DNA of 64,000 nucleotides, taken from the NCBI GenBank assembly GCA_027078545.1, contig JALWXN010000004.1, positions 96,001 to 160,000 on the forward strand, read 5' to 3'. This document shows positions 56,771-64,000 of this stretch, piece by piece. This stretch comes from Nitrososphaeria archaeon (lineage in GTDB: Archaea; Thermoproteota; Nitrososphaeria; Geothermarchaeales; JDFR-13). Numbering within the stretch: position 1 is the stretch's first letter; each line of letters begins with the position of its first letter. The notes under the pieces are model-generated. The model was not told where the DNA came from and made no database searches. It saw only the letters and a program-made list of their open reading frames with translations. Position numbers and translations under genes: made by a program.

Positions 56771-57115
56771 CTATTCAAAGCTCTTCCTGAGATGCTCTCT
56801 GATGATCCTAAATAGGTGCTCAGGATCGATATCCTCATCTAAGAGTGATGTGATGCGTTGTATGATCGCTATGATGTCATCAAGTGATATCACATCACAT
56901 GCCACGAGTAGGGATAGTGTCATCATGGATTTCGTCACATTGTCGATTCCCTGATTCCTAACCCTATGGAACGTCCCTCGCTTCACCTTTTTACCGAGGA
57001 TTTGATAGGTCTTGCTTTGTCTCTGCACCGTTAGTGTGTAGAGTTGTCTCGATGTTATGCTGCTTATCCTGTCTATTTTTTTACCTAGTCGTGTAAATTT
57101 GCAGGCCTCCGACAT
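56771..57115 (-). CDS. Hypothetical protein, possible HTH with hydrophobic C-terminal helices
   Basis: SITSRQ...VKRGTFHRVRNQGIDNV pattern; start at MSEACK. Confidence 0.55.
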   Translation of the reverse strand: MSEACKFTRLGKKIDRISSITSRQLYTLTVQRQSKTYQILGKKVKRGTFHRVRNQGIDNVTKSMMTLSLLVACDVISLDDIIAIIQRITSLLDEDIDPEHLFRIIREHLRKSFE

Positions 57116-57203
57116 ATGCTTTAGCCCCCCTTCTATTGTAATACAGAATTGTCTACGGGGGAAGATTATATACATTGAGTATGGAATAATTGATTAGGTG
57201 TAG

Positions 57204-57458
57204 TTGATGGGTCGTAGAAGGAGGAAGAAGGTTGTTAAGATCTACAAACCTAAGATCCCTAAAATATTCACATGCCCAATATGCGGAGCTACCGCTCTGA
57301 ATATAACAATAGATAAGAAAAGTAGGAAAGCAGTAGCCAAATGTGCCGAGTGCGGTCTTCTATGGGAGACAGAAGTAAAGGAGTATGAGGAGAAGATAGA
57401 CATTTATCACAGGCTCTTCGACGAATACATTGATGCCGGGGGAGCTGAGGAGACGTGA
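57204..57458 (+). CDS. elf1: Transcription elongation factor Elf1
   Basis: MGRRRRK...FTCPICG...CAECG...DIY. Confidence 0.88.
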   Translation: MMGRRRRKKVVKIYKPKIPKIFTCPICGATALNITIDKKSRKAVAKCAECGLLWETEVKEYEEKIDIYHRLFDEYIDAGGAEET

Positions 57459-58246
57459 AGATTGGGCCTACTGAAAAGTATCTATGGAGTGAGATCGAGT
57501 CTAAAGGATCGATACATCTGAGCCTTCTCGACCCTGAGGAGTTTCAGGATCGTGAAAAGCTTATTGAAACGGTCTCTATAGCCGAAGAAGCAGGTACCTC
57601 TGGCTTCATGATAGGAGGCTCTACAGTCTTCGATCAGAGCCTCGTTGATCGTGTTGTCATGATGATAAAGGAGGTGACGTCACTACCCGTCATATTGTTT
57701 CCAAATGACATCACAGGATTGTCACGTCATGCAGATGCCTTGTGGTTCATGTCGTTGCTAAACAGCATCAATCCCTACTTCATAACAGGGGTTCAGATGA
57801 GGGCCGCCTTCCTTGTGAAGGCTATGGGTCTAGAGGCCATCCCAATGGCATACCTGATTGTGGGTGAGGGCAAGACGGCGGGATACATGGGATATGCCCA
57901 TAACATACCCTTAGATGAGCCTAAGATCGCGGCTGCCTATGCATTGGCCGCCAGATACATGGGGTTTAGATTCGTCTATCTCGAGGCCGGCTCGGGAGCG
58001 GGGAACAGAGTAGACACTAGGGTTATTAGGATAATCAAGAAGGCCGTCGACGAAATCGGACTCGTAGTAGGGGGAGGCATAAAAACCTATGAGGATGCCT
58101 TCGACGTAGCTAGTTCCGGTGCAGATATCGTTGTTACGGGGAATATCCTGGAGGTGGATCCCAAGAGGATCTTCGACATCGTTAGAGGGGTAAGAGAGGG
58201 TGGAAAAGAGAAGCTTAGAACCCTTCATCGAAAAGCTCAGGACTAA
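57455..58246 (+). CDS. Geranylgeranylglyceryl phosphate synthase
   Basis: LLDP, MIGGS, FMSLLNS, YLEAGSGA, VGGGI, VVTGN. Confidence 0.93.
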   Translation: MKIGPTEKYLWSEIESKGSIHLSLLDPEEFQDREKLIETVSIAEEAGTSGFMIGGSTVFDQSLVDRVVMMIKEVTSLPVILFPNDITGLSRHADALWFMSLLNSINPYFITGVQMRAAFLVKAMGLEAIPMAYLIVGEGKTAGYMGYAHNIPLDEPKIAAAYALAARYMGFRFVYLEAGSGAGNRVDTRVIRIIKKAVDEIGLVVGGGIKTYEDAFDVASSGADIVVTGNILEVDPKRIFDIVRGVREGGKEKLRTLHRKAQD

Positions 58247-61200
58247 GGATCTGGATCCAACACTTCAGAGCTATTTCCAATCCATTATAAATGAGGTTCT
58301 TAGACAATACGATCTCGCTAATAAGCTGCGATCACAGGGTTCTGACCACGTACCTCATGTGGAGACTGAGCTTATCTGGGATATGGCTGAACGTGTTGAG
58401 AAGCTTATAGGCATAGATGGGATAGCCGAGTTTATCAGGTCCAATAAGGACTTATCAAGGGAGAGACTGGCGATTAAGGCCATAGACAAGCTTATAGACG
58501 GTGAGTTCGGAGATTACGAGCTAGGTAGACTCGTGGATCTAGGTGTTAGACTTCCCCTAGCCATCCTAACCGAGGGTATGACTGTAGCCCCTCTAGACGG
58601 GATAAAGAAGGTGGTGATTAAGAGGGGGCCTTTCGGAAACTATCTCTCCATATATTACGCAGGCCCGATAAGATCAGCCGGTGGTACTGAGACCGGTCTA
58701 TCAATAGTTTTGGCGGACTATCTTAGGAGGAGGCTGGGCCTAGAGAAATATTATCCAACAAAGATGGAGATCCATCGTTTCATCGAGGAGCTAAGGCTAT
58801 ATGAGAGGAATGTAGCTAGGTTCCAGTACCACCTGACGGATGAGATGCTGTTCTACATCCTTAGCAATCTACCTGTAGAGGTTACGGGCGTACCTACTGA
58901 TAACATCGAGGTGCTTGTGTATAGGGACATCCCCTCGATAGAGACTAATAGGGTTCGTGGGGGAGCGCTCAGGGTAGTTAATGATGGGATCGGGGGTAAG
59001 GCTAAGAAGCTTCTAAAGATCATCGATGAACTGGGTCTTGAGGGCTGGGAGTGGCTGGAGGAGGTTGCTAAGGGTGTGGCTGGCCAGGGTAAGGGTGACG
59101 AGGAGGAGGACAAGGTGCTTAATGATCTCGTCATAGGTAGGCCGGTCATCTCCCTCAAGTCTAGCACACACGGCCTACGTCTAAGGCTGGGGAGACTGCC
59201 CAATACAGGGATCTCAGCCGTAGCTGTCCATCCGGCCGTCTTCTCCGTATTAAGATACTTTATAGTCCCAGGGTCTCAGCTTAAACTGAACATCCCTGGT
59301 AAGGGAGGAATAGTAGTCCCGTCAAGAATAGCAATGCCACCAATAGTTGAGCTAGATAACGGTGATGTAGTCGAGGTAGAGACGGAGGAGATTGGTGAGG
59401 AGCTCTCCCAGAGGATAAAGAGGATCCTTTTCCTAGGAGACATAATCGTCTCCTATGGAGATTTCCTGGAGAACAACCAGCCGATACCTCCGCTACACTA
59501 TACCCCTGAGTGGTGGATAGGCGAGCTGGAGGAGGCCACGGGGAGGAGATATGACACGCAACTCCCTTATCAATTATCATATGGAGAGAGTTTTGAACTC
59601 TCCGAGAGGTATGGGATTCCCCTCAACCCCTACTATGTACCCTCCTTTGAATACCTAAATGTGGATGAAACTGAGAGTCTCGTCTCCCAATTGAGCGATG
59701 GATATGTTAAGCATGGAGAGGGCGAGCTAATAGTCAGTGGCTCTAGGGAGCTATCCCACCTACTTAAAAAGGCTAGGATCCCCTTCCGACGGAAGGGTGA
59801 GCTTATCGAGATCCGGCATAGATACTCCTACATCCTACATGACTTGATAAGGGGCTATAGGAGCCAGAGGTTGTATAAGCCTAGATTCACCAATTCCTCC
59901 GACGTAGTCTCATTCTACCTAGGCGTTAGGGTTAGGTGCCTAAGAGGGACCTATGTATCGGCTAGGCTAGGTAGGCCGGAGAAAGCTAAGATGCGGAAGA
60001 TGAACCCACCGGTACACGCCCTCTTCCCCATAGGAAGCTATGGGGGTGACCAGAGGAACATCGTCAAGGCATACAAGCAGAACGAAATAGTTGTAGTCCA
60101 GCTATCCATCCTCTACTGTGAGACCTGTGGGAAGTACACATATAGGAACAGGTGTGAGACATGTGGATCCAGGACTGTCCAGGCCTACTACTGCTACAAC
60201 TGTAAAGTAGACACCCGATCCGAGAGTTGTCCCAAATGTGGGAGAGAGACGAGGCCATACAAGAACTGGTCCATCAACCTTAGAGATCTTGTCAGGGAGA
60301 TTAGGGAGAGACATGGCCTAAGGATCCCATCCAAAGTAAAGGGTGTAAAATCACTCCTAAGCGGATATCGGAGATATGAGGAGCTATCCAAGGGAGTACT
60401 GAGGGCTAAACATGGCTTATCAGTATTTAAGGACGGTACATGTAGAATAGATATCACTAACGCTCCTCTCACAAGTGTCTCTCTCAGGGACATAGGGATA
60501 GATGTGGATAAGGCAAGAGAATTGGGATACCAGGTCGACAGTATAGACGATGTTATAGACTTGATGCCTATGGACATACTGATCCCCGAGTCGATAGTCC
60601 CAGACCTCATCAACATGTGCAGTTTTATAGACGAGGAGATAGTGAAGCTGTATGGCGGTGAGCCTATCTACCGGGTGAGGGATAAGACAGACCTCATCGG
60701 CAAGTTGGTCGTCGGCCTCTCCCCACATACCTCCTCAGGAGTTATAGGCAGGATAATCGGCTTCACCAAGGCCAACGTCCTATATGCCCATCCACTCTGG
60801 CACGCTGCTAAGCGGCGTGACTGCGATGGGGATCAAGACGCAATTATGCTGCTTATGGACGTCCTACTAAACTTTAGTAGAGAGTACCTACCCTCCTCAT
60901 CTGGAGGCCGGATGGATGCCCCCCTCTTCGTCTCCGTAGTTGTACATCCGGAGGAAGTTGATACACAGGTCCATAACCTAGACGTCGTTGATAGATACCC
61001 ATTGGTCCTATACGAGAAGTCATTGGAGAACGTGTCGCCTAAGTTGCTTAGAGAATATATCGCTGTGGTTGAGGACTTCCTTGGAGAATCGAAGGCCTAT
61101 TATGGCTATGGAGCCCTGGATAGGGCGCCTATCCTATCTACAATAAAGAATGTCAACATGTATTCCAAGCTCAAGAGCATAGAGGCTAAGCTGGATAACC

Positions 61201-61610
61201 AGCTTAAAATAATGGAGAGGATCTTTGAGGGCGACGACAAGGCCCTCATCGTTGAAAACCTGCTTAAGAACCACGTGCTGAGGGATATAATGGGTAACCT
61301 GAGGAGCTTCTACCACCAGAGCTTTAAATGCTCCTCCTGCGGAGCCACATACCGTAGAACCCTGCTCAAGGGGACATGCATAAAGTGTGGCGGAAACCTT
61401 AGGCCGACAGTCCACACTAAAAGCGTGGTTAAATATCTGCCCCTCGCCAAGAAGCTGTCTAGCTATGTGAGGAGCCGCTACATCTTGTCCTATATCTCCC
61501 TTATTGACTCTATACTGGCTTCAACGTTTGAGCTGGATACACCGCTTGGTACCAGTATTTTCGACTATGTTGAGAGGGACGCTACTCAACAAGATAGAAC
61601 TGATCAGTGA
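58200..61610 (+). CDS. polC: DNA polymerase D large subunit DP2
   Basis: YAGPIRSAGGT, RLGRPEKAK, HAAKRRDCDGDQD, GGRMDAPL, Zn fingers. Confidence 0.97.
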   Translation: MEKRSLEPFIEKLRTKDLDPTLQSYFQSIINEVLRQYDLANKLRSQGSDHVPHVETELIWDMAERVEKLIGIDGIAEFIRSNKDLSRERLAIKAIDKLIDGEFGDYELGRLVDLGVRLPLAILTEGMTVAPLDGIKKVVIKRGPFGNYLSIYYAGPIRSAGGTETGLSIVLADYLRRRLGLEKYYPTKMEIHRFIEELRLYERNVARFQYHLTDEMLFYILSNLPVEVTGVPTDNIEVLVYRDIPSIETNRVRGGALRVVNDGIGGKAKKLLKIIDELGLEGWEWLEEVAKGVAGQGKGDEEEDKVLNDLVIGRPVISLKSSTHGLRLRLGRLPNTGISAVAVHPAVFSVLRYFIVPGSQLKLNIPGKGGIVVPSRIAMPPIVELDNGDVVEVETEEIGEELSQRIKRILFLGDIIVSYGDFLENNQPIPPLHYTPEWWIGELEEATGRRYDTQLPYQLSYGESFELSERYGIPLNPYYVPSFEYLNVDETESLVSQLSDGYVKHGEGELIVSGSRELSHLLKKARIPFRRKGELIEIRHRYSYILHDLIRGYRSQRLYKPRFTNSSDVVSFYLGVRVRCLRGTYVSARLGRPEKAKMRKMNPPVHALFPIGSYGGDQRNIVKAYKQNEIVVVQLSILYCETCGKYTYRNRCETCGSRTVQAYYCYNCKVDTRSESCPKCGRETRPYKNWSINLRDLVREIRERHGLRIPSKVKGVKSLLSGYRRYEELSKGVLRAKHGLSVFKDGTCRIDITNAPLTSVSLRDIGIDVDKARELGYQVDSIDDVIDLMPMDILIPESIVPDLINMCSFIDEEIVKLYGGEPIYRVRDKTDLIGKLVVGLSPHTSSGVIGRIIGFTKANVLYAHPLWHAAKRRDCDGDQDAIMLLMDVLLNFSREYLPSSSGGRMDAPLFVSVVVHPEEVDTQVHNLDVVDRYPLVLYEKSLENVSPKLLREYIAVVEDFLGESKAYYGYGALDRAPILSTIKNVNMYSKLKSIEAKLDNQLKIMERIFEGDDKALIVENLLKNHVLRDIMGNLRSFYHQSFKCSSCGATYRRTLLKGTCIKCGGNLRPTVHTKSVVKYLPLAKKLSSYVRSRYILSYISLIDSILASTFELDTPLGTSIFDYVERDATQQDRTDQ

Positions 61611-61947
61611 TGTCCACGAATTTGATGGCCCCGTCCTGGAAGACAAGTTTATAGACGTTGTTAACATTGAAGTTTATGCCGAGGGCCTTCTCCTCCTCGG
61701 GTAAGAGGAAGAGGACCATCTTTAGATTCCTAACCTGTTGGAAGGGCATCACCACCCCCATGTTTCTAAGCTGGTTGACCATCTCCCTAACCATCCTAAC
61801 CTCGGGCGACTGATACCCCTGCTCCTGCCTAGTCTCTATAATGGAGAACTCTATCCTCTTCCCCCTCCCACCGCCTCTATTGTCGACGTAGGACTCTATC
61901 CTGGTTACTACTACATAGGTCTCTTTATCCATTTGTCTCGCCACCAT
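61582..61947 (-). CDS. Arcadin-1-like protein
   Basis: V..IESYVD..G..GKRIEF...KMVLFL.PEEE..LG pattern recalled from arcadin-1. Confidence 0.6.
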   Translation of the reverse strand: MVARQMDKETYVVVTRIESYVDNRGGGRGKRIEFSIIETRQEQGYQSPEVRMVREMVNQLRNMGVVMPFQQVRNLKMVLFLLPEEEKALGINFNVNNVYKLVFQDGAIKFVDITDQFYLVE

Positions 61948-62323
61948 CCTCCTTCTTTAGAACCCTAATATCCCTAATACCCGCTTCATATAAGTTTACG
62001 ATGGTGTTTGGACTAGCCTCTCCAAACAGCTTCCCGAAATCCTTGTATAGCTGTCTCCACTTCAGACGTGTCCGGCCACTCCTCGATATATACTCGACAC
62101 CTAGGACATTGTTGACCTCCACCACCACTATATCCTCTATCTGCTCAAGATCCTTCTTGCTCTCCGCCTCAATGTATACCTTCCCAACGTCATTCCTCCT
62201 CTCAAAGAGTATGTTTGGATTGTCCATATACTTCCTAGGAAACTTGGTCTTCCCTGTGCTCTCCACCAGGAACTTCTTCAGCTCTTCTAGGGTGCAATAT
62301 ACTTCTATCTGCATCTCCCACAA
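61925..62323 (-). CDS. Hypothetical protein
   Basis: 132 aa ORF overlapping the arcadin-like gene; SRSGRTRLKWRQ, GEAS.NTIVNL. Confidence 0.65.
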   Translation of the reverse strand: MWEMQIEVYCTLEELKKFLVESTGKTKFPRKYMDNPNILFERRNDVGKVYIEAESKKDLEQIEDIVVVEVNNVLGVEYISRSGRTRLKWRQLYKDFGKLFGEASPNTIVNLYEAGIRDIRVLKKEDGGETNG

Positions 62324-62402
62324 ATCAGTGATGGGAGCTTGGTAGGATTTAAACGGTTATTGAGTTGTTAAGCCCTAATAGCTGGTTCCTAATTATTACT
62401 AG

Positions 62403-62479
62403 GTGGGGGCGATGATCGCGTTGGCCGCAACGACGGCCCTATCAACGGATGACTGAGATCTTGAGTTGTGAGCCCCCAC
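62403..62479 (+). ncRNA. Candidate box C/D guide RNA targeting tRNA-Leu
   Basis: 8-bp terminal stem GTGGGGGC/GCCCCCAC, C (CGATGA), D' (ACGA), C' (GGATGA), D (GTGA); guides complementary to the tRNA-Leu D-loop and anticodon loop. Confidence 0.75.
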
Positions 62480-62555
62480 TTCCATGAGATTTTAATATTA
62501 TTTGCGGCGATTGGTATAGGATTGAAAAGAGGATAGAATCGCTGGTGACAGGGTG

Positions 62556-64000
62556 ATGAGTGCCCAGTCATTATTCTCTAGGCTGAATAGGATCCGCCTC
62601 ACATCCCTAGTTATCGATTCACAGACCGCGCTGCACTATATCTCCCTATCACTCCTCGCGGTCATAGCTTTTCTCATAAGGATCCTGCCAGCTAGGTACG
62701 GGATCTACATAAACGAGTTCGACCCATACTTCCAGTACTACGCCACCAAGGTAATAATCTCGGGTATCGAGGAGAAGGGGTTACTAGGCCTCTTCGAGTT
62801 CTTCAACCATAAGATCGAGCTAACCTGGTACCCATATGGAGTCGATATGGGTGAGAAATACTATTTTGGGGTGCCATACTTCGGAGCGTTTACCTATCTC
62901 TTCCTAAAGGCCCTAGGCCTCCCTGTAAGCCTATACGACGTAGCAGTCTTCATGCCCCCCGTCGTCGGAGTAATAACCACGTTGATAGTCTACAAGATCG
63001 CTGAGAGGTATGTCCAGTCGAGATATGTGGCCATGATCGGCGCCCTCTTCTTCACCACGGCCTTCAGCGTACTGGCTAGGAGCGACCTAGGATGGTACGA
63101 CACCGACGGGTTGGGCATGGCTTTCCTCGTGGGATCCATATATTTCTTTATAAGGGGTATAGAGTCGTCAAAGCCTAGCTTCAAAGCTCTATATGGAGTG
63201 TTGGCAGGACTATTCACCGGCCTATTAGGCGCTACATGGGGCGCACATCAATATCCCTATCTAGCAGTAGCGATCTTCGTAATACTGGCGGTTATACTGG
63301 ATCTAGATGTGAAGAATATCGAGGTCCTCTACTTCCCCTTCTTCGCAGTCTCGACGATAATGCTTCTATCAGTCCCTACAAATGGTCTTAGCTATCTGGT
63401 AGGGGCGGTAGCCGTTATCCAGTACCTAGCCGCACTGATCCTACTCATAAGGAATGTAGTTGATATTAAGGTGTTTACAGGCCACCTTAGTAGGATCATT
63501 GGCCTAGGCATATTTGGGATGATAGGCCTCATCTTCGCCGTGGGTCTACTACCCGATGTAGGCCTAAAATCCAGGCAGATAATAACGGTTCTACCCTTCC
63601 TAAAGGAGGCCTTCGTGGTAGCCACAACTGTTCAGGAGCAGGCCGGATCCACATTCCTAGTCTTCTATAGGGATCTCCACGTAATCATCCCCTTTGCGAT
63701 CGGTGGCTTCGTTATAGTGGCAAAGAGGTGGAGGGATCCGAAGTACCTATACCTACTGATCCTATCGGCTTCCGCAGCCTATGTGGCAAACTCCTTCGTA
63801 AGGCTATCCATCATCTTCGATGTATTCGCAGCGGTCCTAGCTGCAATAGCGTTGAAGGAGCTGATGAGCTACCTGGTCACCAACCTGAAGAAGGGAGACA
63901 CAAACTATAGGATAGTGGCGTTCACCTTCGTAACTCTGTTCATACTACTGTCCTCCTCCATGATATACCTATACTCAATAGTCCCCATGTCTAGGACGAC
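62556..64000 (+). CDS. aglB: Oligosaccharyltransferase AglB/STT3 (partial, runs off window)
   Basis: MSAQSLF...IRILP..YG.YINEFDPYFQYY, WYPYG, RS.LGWYDTD, TVQEQ; many TM helices. Confidence 0.9.
   Translation, partial: MSAQSLFSRLNRIRLTSLVIDSQTALHYISLSLLAVIAFLIRILPARYGIYINEFDPYFQYYATKVIISGIEEKGLLGLFEFFNHKIELTWYPYGVDMGEKYYFGVPYFGAFTYLFLKALGLPVSLYDVAVFMPPVVGVITTLIVYKIAERYVQSRYVAMIGALFFTTAFSVLARSDLGWYDTDGLGMAFLVGSIYFFIRGIESSKPSFKALYGVLAGLFTGLLGATWGAHQYPYLAVAIFVILAVILDLDVKNIEVLYFPFFAVSTIMLLSVPTNGLSYLVGAVAVIQYLAALILLIRNVVDIKVFTGHLSRIIGLGIFGMIGLIFAVGLLPDVGLKSRQIITVLPFLKEAFVVATTVQEQAGSTFLVFYRDLHVIIPFAIGGFVIVAKRWRDPKYLYLLILSASAAYVANSFVRLSIIFDVFAAVLAAIALKELMSYLVTNLKKGDTNYRIVAFTFVTLFILLSSSMIYLYSIVPMSRT

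Larger units (their letters stand above)
56572..57713. repeat. Cluster of TGAYRTCA palindromes
   Basis: Copies at 56636, 56661, 56872, 56885, 57675, 57706, plus near-matches and the 18-bp palindrome at 56572-56589. Confidence 0.7.

Noticed and set aside
58200-61610. Intein in DP2 (also checked in Cdc6)
   Set aside because: Lengths are normal and motifs contiguous; no intein termini seen

Overview
Core chromosomal segment of a thermophilic archaeon, most likely a non-crenarchaeal TACK lineage (inferred from PolD DP1+DP2, Elf1, an arcadin-1-like gene, long-form Hef and intron-rich tRNAs). It holds about 60 mostly housekeeping CDS (aminoacyl-tRNA synthetases, lipid/mevalonate, glycine metabolism, DNA repair, replication) and 13 tRNA genes, 9 of which carry 11 introns (3 non-canonical). 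Other RNAs are SRP RNA, a stand-alone 23S rRNA immediately followed by a compact RNase P RNA, a two-hairpin H/ACA-type RNA and a C/D-type RNA. A probable replication origin (ORB boxes) lies upstream of cdc6. Best novelty candidates: (1) an origin-adjacent module of a membrane-anchored wHTH protein, two further HTH proteins and a dense cluster of TGAYRTCA palindromes, possibly an origin-tethering/segregation system; (2) a C/D sRNA whose two guides both match tRNA-Leu, one across the spliced D-loop junction; (3) a haloarchaeal-type phosphomevalonate decarboxylase paired with a PMK-like kinase. No CRISPR array, transposase or integrase was seen. All calls are by eye and motif recall; no searches were run.
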